From the NCBI GenBank assembly GCA_964446625.1, contig CAYUPH010000003.1, positions 192 to 64,191 on the forward strand: DNA of 64,000 bases, given 5' to 3'. The notes under the pieces were generated by a model that did not search any database, was not told where the DNA came from, and was given only the letters and a program-made list of their open reading frames with translations. The position numbers were made by a program, and so were the translations under genes. Position 1 is the first letter of the stretch. The number at the start of each line of letters is the position of its first letter. The stretch comes from an uncultured Candidatus Saccharibacteria bacterium (GTDB lineage Bacteria > Patescibacteriota > Minisyncoccia > Phycocordibacterales > CAIRYW01). Shown one piece after another: positions 46,477 to 56,203 of this stretch.

Positions 46477-47055
46477 TTATTCAAACACTTTAACTGTCGC
46501 CGGGCGGATTTCTTTTCCGTGCATTGTGTAGCCTTTTTGGATTACCTCTGCAACTGTTCCTTTTTTGCTTTCGTCGGCAGTCTCCACAGTTCCAATTGGA
46601 CTGTGTTTTGTAATGTTTACTGTTTCTCCTACGGGGTTTTCTTGTTTTACACCGAAGTTTTCAAGAACTCGCTGGATTTGATTATAGATGTACTCAACAC
46701 CACCTCTCCATGAGCTGTCTACTTTTTCCCACGCTTCTTTGTTTGCCATTGCCATGTCAAAAGCGTCGAGTGCGGGCAAAAGCTCGAGCACAAAGTTCTC
46801 GTTTGCATACTTTGTTAGTTCGCTTCTTGTCTTCTCCTCCTCCCTCTTTGCGTTTGCGTAATCAGCCTTTGCTCTCTGCCAGCCGTTTAGGTTTTCTTTT
46901 GCTTCAGCTTCTAGTTCTTTTACCCGTTTCTTTAGCTTCTTAACAGTCTCAGCAAGGTTATCATCTGAGTATTCCAAAGAGTCGTCCCCTTCGCTCACTT
47001 CTCCGCTTTCGTCCGGAGAGAAAACAATATCGTCATCTTTTTGTGTGTCATCCAT
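46477..47055 (-). CDS. grpE: nucleotide exchange factor GrpE
   Basis: QRAKADYAN, LLPALD, QKGY...IRPATV. Confidence 0.95.
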   Translation of the reverse strand: MDDTQKDDDIVFSPDESGEVSEGDDSLEYSDDNLAETVKKLKKRVKELEAEAKENLNGWQRAKADYANAKREEEKTRSELTKYANENFVLELLPALDAFDMAMANKEAWEKVDSSWRGGVEYIYNQIQRVLENFGVKQENPVGETVNITKHSPIGTVETADESKKGTVAEVIQKGYTMHGKEIRPATVKVFE

Positions 47056-47153
47056 AGTGGAGATATTTTAAGTAAAAAAAAGTATAAAATCAAGGTAATA
47101 AAAAAAGTGAACCCAGGGCAGGGTTCACTAAATTTTATTTTACATCACATTTC

Positions 47154-47411
47154 TTATTCAAAGTTGAGCCTATTGTCTTTGAAAGTCGCCAGCTTGCGTC
47201 CATTTCCAGTCTGGACGACAAACCCAGTTCCAGTCCATAAAAGAATGGAGTCCTCAATGACTTCTGAGCGCCAGCCCATCTCCTCGAGCGCTTTTTTTAG
47301 TCTTCTTCGCTCTTTTCCTTCTACTCCGCAGTAGTGTGAAAAGAGCGAAATCCAGATGCAGAAGCCAAAAGCTACGGCCCCAACTACCCCTAATACAATG
47401 TATGTGTACAT
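47154..47411 (-). CDS. small single-TM hypothetical protein
   Basis: N-terminal TM; bounded by the rpsI terminator and a GTGAACCC/GGGTTCAC hairpin. Confidence 0.55.
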   Translation of the reverse strand: MYTYIVLGVVGAVAFGFCIWISLFSHYCGVEGKERRRLKKALEEMGWRSEVIEDSILLWTGTGFVVQTGNGRKLATFKDNRLNFE

Positions 47412-47451
47412 ACCCGCACATAATACAACAAAAAACTAAGTTGTAAACAAA

Positions 47452-47477
47452 ACAAAACTCCCTTTCGGGAGTTTTGT
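47452..47477 (-). terminator. terminator after rpsI
   Basis: ACAAAACTCCC/GGGAGTTTTGT hairpin. Confidence 0.8.
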
Positions 47478-47483
47478 GAAGTG

Positions 47484-47876
47484 CTATCGTTTTGACCACT
47501 GTGGAGCTTTTCGAGCTTTTTTGAGACCGAATTTTCGTCTTTCTTTTGCTCGTCCATCTCGTCTTAGAAGTTTCTCTTTTTTAAGAGGTGTTCTCTCTGT
47601 TTGGTCTGACTCTACAATTGCTCGAGCGATTCCAAGAGCGATTGCGTCCGCTTGTGAAGAGATTCCTCCTCCAGCAATCTTGACTGTTATTTTGTATTTC
47701 TTTCCGACGATATCAAGTGGTTTTGTTACCTTTGCCTGAAGTTCTTTTGTTGGAAAATAGTCCTCAAGAGTTCTGTCGTTTATAGCAAATCCACCCTTTG
47801 AATCTGGAGTGATTCGTACTCTTGCAATTGAAGTCTTTCGTCGTCCTACACTTTCAAAATATGATTTCTCTTTCAT
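47484..47876 (-). CDS. rpsI: 30S ribosomal protein S9
   Basis: GRRKTSIARV ... KARKAPQWSKR. Confidence 0.98.
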   Translation of the reverse strand: MKEKSYFESVGRRKTSIARVRITPDSKGGFAINDRTLEDYFPTKELQAKVTKPLDIVGKKYKITVKIAGGGISSQADAIALGIARAIVESDQTERTPLKKEKLLRRDGRAKERRKFGLKKARKAPQWSKR

Positions 47877-47877
47877 G

Positions 47878-48219
47878 TTAGTTTGTGATTTTGAGGTTAA
47901 GGATCATTTTGCTTCGAAGCTTGTTCTTTGGAAGCATACCCCACACTGCTTTTTTGATAATTTCACTGTGTCCCTTCTTTTCTGCTGTTCGGATAAGAGT
48001 CTCTTTCTTTAGTCCTCCTGGGTATCCAGAGTATCTTGAGTGTGTTTTTGTCTTAAGCTTCTGCTCTGTTACTGCAATTTTAGATGCGTTGATGATTTCA
48101 ACTTTCTCTCCTAAAACTTTGTTTGTAGCGAATTCAGTCGAATTTTTTCCTCGCAAAATAGCAGCTGCTTTTGAAGCGATTCGTCCGATTTTCTGATTTG
48201 TTGCGTCGATTGTAATCAT
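47878..48219 (-). CDS. rplM: 50S ribosomal protein L13 (short form)
   Basis: IDA..GRIAS, YSGYPGGLK, GMLPKN. Confidence 0.95.
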   Translation of the reverse strand: MITIDATNQKIGRIASKAAAILRGKNSTEFATNKVLGEKVEIINASKIAVTEQKLKTKTHSRYSGYPGGLKKETLIRTAEKKGHSEIIKKAVWGMLPKNKLRSKMILNLKITN

Positions 48220-48223
48220 GGTT

Positions 48224-48577
48224 TTAGTTTACAAATTCAATGAGAGCCATTTTGCTCGCATCTCCCTTTCGTCGAGGAAGCTTGATAATTCGTGTGTATC
48301 CACCTTTTCGGTCCTTAAACTTTGGTGCGATTTCAGAAACTAGCTTTTTGTTTGCTACACCTCGTCCAATCTTTGACTCTACTTCTCTTACGCTCGCAAG
48401 AGTTTGAAGTTTTGCCTTTGTGATGAGCTTTTCTACAACTGGCCTAAGAGCCTTTGCTTTTGCTTCGGTTGTCTGGATTTTCTCTTTTGTAATCAAAGCA
48501 ACAGCAAGAGCTTTGTAGAGAGCTTTTCTTTTGTTTGACTTAAGTCCGAATTTTTTTGTGCTTTTACTGTGTCTCAT
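48224..48577 (-). CDS. rplQ: 50S ribosomal protein L17
   Basis: MRH...TTEAKAK...GGYTRI..RKGD. Confidence 0.97.
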   Translation of the reverse strand: MRHSKSTKKFGLKSNKRKALYKALAVALITKEKIQTTEAKAKALRPVVEKLITKAKLQTLASVREVESKIGRGVANKKLVSEIAPKFKDRKGGYTRIIKLPRRKGDASKMALIEFVN

Positions 48578-48581
48578 TTTA

Positions 48582-49550
48582 TTACTTTAATTCCATATCA
48601 TGATCCTTGAGGATTGATTTGATTTCCTGAATTCCTTTTGTTCCAAGTCCATCAATCTCAAGAAGATCTTTCTCTTTCTTTCGAGCAAGTCCGCCAAGTG
48701 TTCGGATGTTTGCGCTAAGAAGAGCGTTTACTGTTCGCTGAGAAACTCCAATAGACTCAATTCGAGTTTTTAGAACTTCCTCAACTTCTTCTCTGTTTTT
48801 TAGAGGCTCCTCTTTCTTTACTTCCTTTTTCTCTTCTTTTTCTTCTACCTCATCCTCTTCTTTGAAACCTACGATAGCTTTAAGCTGATCGATCATGATT
48901 TTGATTGATTTTTCAAGAGCTTCTCTAGGGGTGATGCTTCCGTCTGTTTCGATAGAAAGAGTAAGTTTGTTGAAGTCTGTTCGTCCTCCTACTCGCATGT
49001 TCTCTACTTCGTATCCTACTCGCTTGATTGGGCTAAAGAGAGCGTCGAGAGCAATGCTTCCGATTTCAACTCGTTCTTTTTGGAGAACTTCTTTTGGAAG
49101 ATATCCAAGTCCTTTTTCGATTTGGAGTTCCATATCGATTTCTCCGTTTTTGTCTGTAATTTCTGCAATGTATGCGTCCGGAGTCATGATTTCAACCTGT
49201 CCAGGAAGTTTAAAGTCTTTACCTGTAATAACTTTTGGTCCTTTGATAGAAAGAGAGATTGTTTGAGGTTCGTCTGTTGCTATGTTGAATCGAACCTTTT
49301 TGAGGTTAAGAATCATTGTAACAACATCTTCTTTGACGCCTTCCATACTAGAAAACTCATGGCTCACTCCTTTTACTTTGATAGAAGTGATAGCTGCTCC
49401 TTCGATTGAAGAAAGGATTATTCTTCGAAGTGAGTTACCGAGAGTGTGTCCGTATCCAGGATAAAGACCACTAATCTCGTAAGAACCAAAGACTCCTTCT
49501 TCTTTGATTACCTTAGGTTTTGAGGGCACTAAAATTTTTGTTTCCGCCAT
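48582..49550 (-). CDS. rpoA: RNA polymerase alpha subunit
   Basis: GYGHTLGNSLRRIILSS, HEFS, DALFSPI, alpha-CTD. Confidence 0.98.
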   Translation of the reverse strand: MAETKILVPSKPKVIKEEGVFGSYEISGLYPGYGHTLGNSLRRIILSSIEGAAITSIKVKGVSHEFSSMEGVKEDVVTMILNLKKVRFNIATDEPQTISLSIKGPKVITGKDFKLPGQVEIMTPDAYIAEITDKNGEIDMELQIEKGLGYLPKEVLQKERVEIGSIALDALFSPIKRVGYEVENMRVGGRTDFNKLTLSIETDGSITPREALEKSIKIMIDQLKAIVGFKEEDEVEEKEEKKEVKKEEPLKNREEVEEVLKTRIESIGVSQRTVNALLSANIRTLGGLARKKEKDLLEIDGLGTKGIQEIKSILKDHDMELK

Positions 49551-49609
49551 AGTTTTTTATATATAAATATAACCGACAAATTATAACCTAATAATTAAAA
49601 TTTGGCAAA

Positions 49610-50212
49610 TTATCGTTTGTAATACTCGAAAATTGCGCTAATGTCGAACATGAGTTCACGTGGATCAGTCTTCGGTGCTCCGACCACCTTCACTTCCTTT
49701 GTCTTCTTGTCTAGATCAAGCCAGTTTGGTGCTGTAACATCCTTTATCTTTTCATCGATATTTGCAAAAAGCTTTCCTGTAAGGCTTCCCCCACGAGGTT
49801 TGAAGACGTCACCTACTCGAAGTTTGTATGATGGAATTGTTGTCTTTGTGCCGTTTACAACAATGTGTCCGTGAGAAACAACTTGTCTAGCATGGCGTCT
49901 TGTTGCTGCAAATCCTGCTCGCATTACTGCGTTGTCTAGTCGTGATTCAAGAACTTCAAAAAGCTTGTCGTTTTGGTTTGTAGACTTACTCTCAAGGATA
50001 CCTTTTACATAGTTCTTAAACTGTCTTTCTGAAACTCCATATGTAAGACGAGCCTTTTGCTTCTCGTTCATTTGTGTACCGAATGCGCTTTTTGCTTTTC
50101 CAAAAGACTTTTGTCGTCTTTCTTTTGATTTCTCGAATTTAGCAGTTTGAGTTTTCTCAAAAATTGGTGCGCCGAGTCGTCGAGCTATTTTGTATTTTGG
50201 TCCTGTCTTCAT
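49610..50212 (-). CDS. rpsD: 30S ribosomal protein S4
   Basis: EKQK, LESRLDN, ARQVVSHGH. Confidence 0.97.
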   Translation of the reverse strand: MKTGPKYKIARRLGAPIFEKTQTAKFEKSKERRQKSFGKAKSAFGTQMNEKQKARLTYGVSERQFKNYVKGILESKSTNQNDKLFEVLESRLDNAVMRAGFAATRRHARQVVSHGHIVVNGTKTTIPSYKLRVGDVFKPRGGSLTGKLFANIDEKIKDVTAPNWLDLDKKTKEVKVVGAPKTDPRELMFDISAIFEYYKR

Positions 50213-50241
50213 ATCTTAAGGTTAAAAACTAAAAAGTAACT

Positions 50242-50676
50242 TTATACTCGTCTTGGTTTAGGAGGACGAGGTCCGTTGTGTGGAACTGGAGTTGCGTCTT
50301 TGATAGAGCTGATTTCAAAGTTTCCTTTAGAAATAAAACCTCTAATAGCTGATTCTCGCCCTGAACCTACTCCTTTTACAATAACTGCAATTTGTTTGAT
50401 TCCTACTGTTTGTGCTTTTCCTCCAATAAGCTCTCCTACTTTAGCGGCAGCAAAAGGTGTTCCCTTCTTTGCTCCTTTAAATCCAATGCTTCCGCTTGAT
50501 GACCAAGCAAGAGCGTTTCCTTTTGTATCTGTAAGAAGAACTTTTGTGTTGTTGTATGTTGATTCAATATTAAGAACCGCTGAGTCTACTCGTTTTTTAG
50601 AAAGCGCTGATACCTGGGCCTTTTCATTTCCCTTTGCATCGCCTGCTCCACCTGTTGCTACTCTTTTCTTTCCCAT
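50242..50676 (-). CDS. rpsK: 30S ribosomal protein S11
   Basis: STYNNT, KKGTPFAA, TPVPHNGPRP. Confidence 0.98.
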   Translation of the reverse strand: MGKKRVATGGAGDAKGNEKAQVSALSKKRVDSAVLNIESTYNNTKVLLTDTKGNALAWSSSGSIGFKGAKKGTPFAAAKVGELIGGKAQTVGIKQIAVIVKGVGSGRESAIRGFISKGNFEISSIKDATPVPHNGPRPPKPRRV

Positions 50677-50695
50677 GATATATAAAAATTACTTA

Positions 50696-51073
50696 TTATT
50701 TCTTATCAGCTTTCTTTCGACCGCTACCCATAGTTTTCTTTACTCCCTTAAGTGTTCGAGAGTTTGTTTTTGTTCGCTGTCCTCTGGCAGGAAGTCGTTT
50801 TGCGTGCCTTGTTCCTCGGTACGCTTTAATATCTTTTAGTCGTTTGATGTTTCCTGAAACTTCTCGTTTTAGGTCTCCTTCGAGTTTGTATTCTTCTACG
50901 TGCTTTCGGATCTCATTTTCTGAGTCTGTTGAAAGATCTTTTGCAAGCGCACCAAAGTCAATCTTTGAATCTTTTAAAATCTTTTGAGCTCTTGATCGGC
51001 CGATTCCGTAAATAGCGGTAAGGGCAATTTCGAGTCTTTTATCGTCTGGTATGGTGATTCCTAGTATTCTCAT
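50696..51073 (-). CDS. rpsM: 30S ribosomal protein S13
   Basis: IYGIG, YRGTRH..LPARGQRTKTN. Confidence 0.98.
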   Translation of the reverse strand: MRILGITIPDDKRLEIALTAIYGIGRSRAQKILKDSKIDFGALAKDLSTDSENEIRKHVEEYKLEGDLKREVSGNIKRLKDIKAYRGTRHAKRLPARGQRTKTNSRTLKGVKKTMGSGRKKADKK

Positions 51074-51081
51074 TTTTAGAT

Positions 51082-51198
51082 TTATCCCTGTCTCTGATTA
51101 TGTCGCTTATCACCTTTGCAGATAACACGAACAAGGCCGTTTCGTCGAACGGTCTTACATTTCGGACATATCTTTTTAACAGATGCTTTTACTTTCAT
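51082..51198 (-). CDS. rpmJ: 50S ribosomal protein L36 (zinc-binding form)
   Basis: Translated by hand as [38 protein letters not shown]; missing from the ORF track. Confidence 0.97.
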   Translation of the reverse strand: MKVKASVKKICPKCKTVRRNGLVRVICKGDKRHNQRQG

Positions 51199-51276
51199 AA
51201 GTAACCTTGATAATATAATACAATCTCCTTTTTTAGTCAAAGGATATTTTTCCACTATACAACAAAACCCAAATTT

Positions 51277-51492
51277 TTACAACCTTCTTATGATCCTCGC
51301 CTTTCCTCCATATGGATCAAGCTCCATTTCTACTTTGTCCCCTACGAGAACTCGGATTCGGTGAAGCCGCATCTTGCCTGCAAGGTATGAGAGAAGGTTC
51401 CGTCCGTCTTCTAGGTCAACACGAAAAAGAGTGTTCGGCAAAGCCTCTGTGACCACTCCTTGTACTTTTTCTAGATTTTGGTTTCCGCTCAT
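51277..51492 (-). CDS. infA: translation initiation factor IF-1
   Basis: [18 protein letters not shown]. Confidence 0.97.
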   Translation of the reverse strand: MSGNQNLEKVQGVVTEALPNTLFRVDLEDGRNLLSYLAGKMRLHRIRVLVGDKVEMELDPYGGKARIIRRL

Positions 51493-51533
51493 TAGTTAGG
51501 ATCAATTGTAACAGTCTCTTTGGGCGCCGTCAA

Positions 51534-52787
51534 TTAAATCTCTACATTAATGTCCTCTGGGTCTTTTGGAAGTTTTGTTCTCCAGAATGGTCGAAGGATA
51601 ATTTGGCCTTTTCCAATAGATTTTTCTGCTCCCATGATTGCAAACGCTTCAGTCTTTGTCTTTCCTGCAAGTTTTTGGAGGAGTTTCGGTATATCTACTT
51701 TGTACTCGAGGACAGTTGTCCCATCAACAGTTGCAGCGATTCCATTTGTAGTTTCGTTTATCTTAACCGTTGCCTTTTCTAAGTCTAGAGTAAAAACTTC
51801 GCTCGTATCCACTGTTTGTCCATCGAGTTTTCCAAGAGCTACTCCAAGGCTTTTTGTCTCAAGAGCGGTTCCCTTTATTTTACCCACTCTTTTTACTGTC
51901 ACTTTCCCCTCGCCTGCGTCCGCTGTGCTTCCTTCAAATGAAATGCTAAGAGCACCCTTAGGGAATACAAAACCTTCAGGAATCTGTGCTCCAAGCTTCA
52001 TTTCAGCCTCTGCTTTTATTTGTTCTTCAAGAGTAGTGTTTGCTTTATCCAAATCTTCTTTTGCTGGAACCTTTACTTTGCCTTCTTCTCCTCCTGTCAT
52101 AGGTGTTTTTGATCTCGCGTAAATAGTGTCGAATTTAGCCGTTCCTTTAAAACCAGGAATAGTAAAGTCGTTTAGTCCTATGTTGTATGCTTTTCCAGGC
52201 TTTTCTGCTGTCACATCCGCCTCGACTGTTCCGGCTGCGGTTCCCTTCTTGCCGGGTACTGTTACCTCCTTGCTAAGTTTGTAAATAAGACCTCCTGGAG
52301 TTTGAAAACGGGTGCCTGCAATCAGTTTTTGAGCTGTAGTGCCACTGTTGTTGTAAATAATTATTTTTCCGGTTGCCTTTTCTGAAACTTCTTTTTCTGC
52401 GGTTGCTGGAACTTCGATTTCTTTTTCATCTGAAATCTCGATTGTTGAATAAAGGAGTCCATCACCTGTCTTTCTGCCTTCTATAGTCCCGCCGGTTCCA
52501 AAAGTCATCTGTTTTGGTGCGATTGTAATGCGAGCCTCGGTAACAAAATAGAGCACTAGGAATGCAAGAACTGCTGCACTCATGATTGCACCAAGCCAAA
52601 GGAAAATTTTTGAACCTCCGCTTACTTTTGGGTATTCAGGATAGTAAATAACATTTGAAACTTCCTCTCTCGTTTTTTCTTCCTTTTTTTCCTCACGCTT
52701 TTCTTCCCTTTTTCTCTCTGCAGGAATAGGAATATTTCGAATAGATCTTTTTTCAGGAGGTATGATGTCTTGAAATGTTTTTTTCAT
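51534..52787 (-). CDS. single-TM protein with baseplate-J-like extracellular region (CPR-typical)
   Basis: DIIPP..SIR N-terminus, TM, KATGKIIIYN, GTRF, VTVPG, G..YNIG. Confidence 0.75.
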   Translation of the reverse strand: MKKTFQDIIPPEKRSIRNIPIPAERKREEKREEKKEEKTREEVSNVIYYPEYPKVSGGSKIFLWLGAIMSAAVLAFLVLYFVTEARITIAPKQMTFGTGGTIEGRKTGDGLLYSTIEISDEKEIEVPATAEKEVSEKATGKIIIYNNSGTTAQKLIAGTRFQTPGGLIYKLSKEVTVPGKKGTAAGTVEADVTAEKPGKAYNIGLNDFTIPGFKGTAKFDTIYARSKTPMTGGEEGKVKVPAKEDLDKANTTLEEQIKAEAEMKLGAQIPEGFVFPKGALSISFEGSTADAGEGKVTVKRVGKIKGTALETKSLGVALGKLDGQTVDTSEVFTLDLEKATVKINETTNGIAATVDGTTVLEYKVDIPKLLQKLAGKTKTEAFAIMGAEKSIGKGQIILRPFWRTKLPKDPEDINVEI

Positions 52788-52844
52788 AGAGTAATTTTAC
52801 ATTCTTTTGTTTTAATTGACTAGAGGAAAATTTCCACAATCACT

Positions 52845-54011
52845 TCAGAGTGTTTTAAGAAAAAGAGAGATTGCACCAAGAATAGGATGTGGTTCTTTTG
52901 AACTTGAAACCACAATATAGTTTTTTACATCCTCAGTTGTAAAGTAACTTACTGAAAATGTGTCCGATGAAAAAGATTTGTTCGCAAATGTTTTCTTTGA
53001 AATCCATGTTTCAAGTATCTTTGATTCCGCATCTTTTCCTGCGATAATCACCTCTTTTGGCAAAAGGAACGTTTCTCCAAGGCGCCAAAATGCGTCAGTT
53101 AAAGCCACATCCCATTCGCTTTCTGCTTGTGACAAAATCTGAGTTAGTTCGGTTTCTGCAGATGCTTCGAGAGTACCTTCTTCATGTAGGGATAAAAGTG
53201 AGAGTACGGTCTCCTTTTCTTTTTGGAGCGCTGAAGCAATAACTCGAACCGGAAAATGCTTACCAAAAGGAATAGAAACACTGCCTTTTGGCACTCCTCC
53301 GCGGACAAGCAGAAATTCTGAAACTTCGTGCTCTGGCATACAAAGCACGAAATCTTTTTTGTGTAGAAGGTTTACTACAATTGGAAAGAATGCCATTGGA
53401 ATAGTGTGAAAATTTACCAGGAGGTTAGGAAAAGCGAGGTTTATAACCTCTTTAATTTTTACAGCAACATCTTCGTTCATTGTACTGATGAAGCTTGTGA
53501 CAGTAATACTGCTTGTTTTCTTTCCAATCGAATTTTCTATTTCGTAGCCATTTGCTTTAACGGAAACAATTGCTTCTTCTATGTGAAGTAGGTTTGGTTC
53601 CTTTTCCTTAAGATGCTCCGAAGCGGTTTCTCGAATGAGTTCATTTGTAATAATGAAAGGTTTGTCTTCGGTTTTTGTTGAAGTGACGATTTTTGAAATG
53701 TTCCACGGAGAACCTAGAAAGACATACGCGGTTTTAATATCACCAAACTTAACACCCTTTGCTTTTACTTCTTCAATTCCCTCTTTTTGAAGTTTTTCGT
53801 TTTCCCTTTTTAGAGACGCAAGCGAAAAACTTAGGACACTCCCCTCGGTTTTAGCCTCAGAGAGAACCGCGCTTTGGTGTGCGTATACAATTTCTGGTTT
53901 CTTGTTTGGTTTTAAACGCACAATACCAGTGATCGCCTTTCCGCTTTCAAGTGCAAAGACAAGAGCAGTCTCCTCTTTTCCATTTTTTGTGGAATGTAAA
54001 AAATCGAACAT
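52845..54011 (-). CDS. degenerate FtsA/actin-fold-like protein (CPR-typical)
   Basis: LGSPW, NGYE..N, SIPFG and LPKEVI pattern; length fits an ASKHA fold. Confidence 0.6.
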   Translation of the reverse strand: MFDFLHSTKNGKEETALVFALESGKAITGIVRLKPNKKPEIVYAHQSAVLSEAKTEGSVLSFSLASLKRENEKLQKEGIEEVKAKGVKFGDIKTAYVFLGSPWNISKIVTSTKTEDKPFIITNELIRETASEHLKEKEPNLLHIEEAIVSVKANGYEIENSIGKKTSSITVTSFISTMNEDVAVKIKEVINLAFPNLLVNFHTIPMAFFPIVVNLLHKKDFVLCMPEHEVSEFLLVRGGVPKGSVSIPFGKHFPVRVIASALQKEKETVLSLLSLHEEGTLEASAETELTQILSQAESEWDVALTDAFWRLGETFLLPKEVIIAGKDAESKILETWISKKTFANKSFSSDTFSVSYFTTEDVKNYIVVSSSKEPHPILGAISLFLKTL

Positions 54012-54049
54012 ACGAAAATTATATCATACGAAAGCAGTGACTTTCTTCT

Positions 54050-55900
54050 TTATTCGAGAACAGCTTTGATTCGTCTTACTCCAACTGAGACAGCTTCTTC
54101 TTTTTGGATTTTGAATGTTCCTTTAAGTTCGCTTGTGTTCTTTACATGTGGTCCACCACAAAACTCTTTTGAGTATGCGTCCGCAATAGTGTTTCCAATA
54201 TAATAGACTGTCACTGTGTCAGGATATTTTTCTCCAAAAAAGTGAATTGCACCAGTTTTAAGAGCTTCTTCTTTTGGAAGGCTTACTACCTCAACAGGAA
54301 GAGCAAGTTTAATTTTTTCATTCACGATTTCCTCCACGCGCTTCTTTTCCTCATCTGTCATTTTGCGGTCAAAAGAAAAGTCGAAGCGAAGACGCTCGGG
54401 AGTAATGTTTGATCCTTTTTGTCCAACAGTTTTTCCAAGAACATCTCGGAGAGCCTGCTGAAGGAGGTGTGTAGCGGTGTGATACTGAAGCGATTTTTCA
54501 CTTGTGTCTCCAAGGCCTCCCTTGAATTTTTGTTCTGCGCCTGCGCGGGAAAGGTCTTGGTGATTCTTTAAATCAGCTTTAAATTTTTCTAAATCAATTG
54601 TTACACCTCTTTCTTCTGCGAGTTCCTCTGTAAGTTCAACGGGAAAACCAAAAGTTGTAAAAAGAATAAATGGATCAGTTCCTTTTTCGAACTCTTTTAG
54701 TCCAAGAGTTAGAGTCTTTCTAAACTTTTCTTCCTCTTTATTTATCTCGTCTTTGATAAATTCTTTTTTATCATAAGTTTCTGGATACGCATCTTTGTAA
54801 AGTTCAAGAAGCGGAAGAACTAGCTCGCCAATTCCTGCACCTTGAATCCCGAGCTTGTCCCAAAATCGTACAGCTCGTCGGAGGAGTCTTCTGACAAAGT
54901 AGCCCTGTTCTGTGTTAGATGGAGTGACTCCGTCACCAATAAGGAAAACACTAGAGCGGATGTGGTCAGCAACAACTCGAAAGGCATATGTATACGCTTC
55001 GTCTTTGTAGTTTTTACCCGAAAGGGACTCCAGAGTTTTTACGATTCCTCCTAGAGTATCAATCTCAAACACATCATTTGTGTTCATTGTTGTAGCAACG
55101 ATTCTCTCCAGTCCTCCACCGAAATCCACATTTTTTTGAGGCAGCTTCTCAAATCCGCCAGTTACTTTTTTGAATTCCATGAAAACCGAGTTTCCAATTT
55201 CTATAAAACGTCCACAATCACAGTTGGGGTGACATTTCTCGCCGTATTTTGTGTCATGCTCTACAAAATCAAACTCATAGAAAATCTCAGAATCTGGTCC
55301 TCCTGGTTCCCCCTCCGGCATTTTCTCGGGTACCCCGCTTCTGCTCCACCAGTTTTTCTTTACATCATATGCAAAAATCCTTTCTCCCGGATTCATTCCT
55401 CTTTTTCCTGCCTCTTCCTCGTTTATAAGGTCAGCAGACAAAGCTTCAATTCCTTTTGATGCAAAAAGATTTTTCCAAAGTTCTACCGCTTCTGTGTCTG
55501 CAGAAATTCCAGCTTTTTCATCTCCTCGAAATACAGTGACAAAAAGTTTTTTTGCCTCAAGCTGGACAACATCTGTAAGAAACTCAAAAACCCAAGGGAT
55601 TTGCTCAGCTTTGAAATAATCGCCAAGGGACCAGTTTCCAAGCATTTCAAAAAAAGTTGTGTGACGGTTGTCCCCTACATCTTCAATGTCCTGTGATCTA
55701 AAAGACTTTTGAGAGTTTACAAGCCTTGTTCCCTCCGGGTGTTTTGCTCCAAGTAGGTATGGAATAAGCGGTTGCATACCTGAACCAGTAAAAAGTGTTG
55801 TTGGGTCGTTTTCGGGCACGAGTCGAGAGCTAGGAATTACTTTGTGTCCTTTTCCTGCAAAAAACTCTAGGTATTTCTGTCTAACTTCGTTGGTCGTCAT
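54050..55900 (-). CDS. alaS: alanine--tRNA ligase (short, no C-Ala domain)
   Basis: LFTGSGMQ, HTTFFEMLGNWS, GGPDSE, HTATHLL, EFCGGPH, GVRRIKA. Confidence 0.96.
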   Translation of the reverse strand: MTTNEVRQKYLEFFAGKGHKVIPSSRLVPENDPTTLFTGSGMQPLIPYLLGAKHPEGTRLVNSQKSFRSQDIEDVGDNRHTTFFEMLGNWSLGDYFKAEQIPWVFEFLTDVVQLEAKKLFVTVFRGDEKAGISADTEAVELWKNLFASKGIEALSADLINEEEAGKRGMNPGERIFAYDVKKNWWSRSGVPEKMPEGEPGGPDSEIFYEFDFVEHDTKYGEKCHPNCDCGRFIEIGNSVFMEFKKVTGGFEKLPQKNVDFGGGLERIVATTMNTNDVFEIDTLGGIVKTLESLSGKNYKDEAYTYAFRVVADHIRSSVFLIGDGVTPSNTEQGYFVRRLLRRAVRFWDKLGIQGAGIGELVLPLLELYKDAYPETYDKKEFIKDEINKEEEKFRKTLTLGLKEFEKGTDPFILFTTFGFPVELTEELAEERGVTIDLEKFKADLKNHQDLSRAGAEQKFKGGLGDTSEKSLQYHTATHLLQQALRDVLGKTVGQKGSNITPERLRFDFSFDRKMTDEEKKRVEEIVNEKIKLALPVEVVSLPKEEALKTGAIHFFGEKYPDTVTVYYIGNTIADAYSKEFCGGPHVKNTSELKGTFKIQKEEAVSVGVRRIKAVLE

Positions 55901-55940
55901 GTAAAAAACAGTATAGCGTAACTGCTTCTTTTAATAAAGT

Positions 55941-56201
55941 TTAGAGCACTACCCCTTCACTTCGGAGGATTGCTTCTTTACTTTTGCCTTGGAGGCCGTT
56001 ATACTCCCCCACTTTTCCGTCGGAACGAATGACACGGTGGCATGGAACGGCTTTATCGGTATTTCCTGACATAATGCTTGCCACAGCGCGGTAAGCGCGA
56101 GGACTTCCTGCTTTTTCTGCAACCTCTTTGTATGACAAAACTTTTCCCTTAGGAATTTTTTTTACTACACTTAGAACTTTTTGTTTAAAACTTTTTTCCA
56201 C
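55941..56201 (-). CDS. O6-alkylguanine DNA alkyltransferase C-terminal domain protein
   Basis: IPKGKVLSY, RAV, PCHRV. Confidence 0.88.
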   Translation of the reverse strand: MEKSFKQKVLSVVKKIPKGKVLSYKEVAEKAGSPRAYRAVASIMSGNTDKAVPCHRVIRSDGKVGEYNGLQGKSKEAILRSEGVVL

Positions 56202-56203
56202 TA

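Noticed and set aside
46405-47110. CIRCE/HrcA operator for grpE-dnaK-dnaJ
   Set aside because: No TTAGCACTC-N9-GAGTGCTAA-like palindrome found and no hrcA in the window.
50276-52122. Long antisense ORFs (187 aa, 190 aa) and the many similar ones across the window
   Set aside because: Shadow frames opposite well-identified genes, with S/F-rich composition mirroring K/E-rich sense codons.
51534-52787. Prophage because of the baseplate-J-like region
   Set aside because: No terminase, capsid, tail or integrase genes; the protein is membrane-anchored and flanked by core genes.
47878-55900. Short rplM and alaS as pseudogenes
   Set aside because: Catalytic and core motifs are intact with clean stops; the truncations fit streamlined forms rather than decay.
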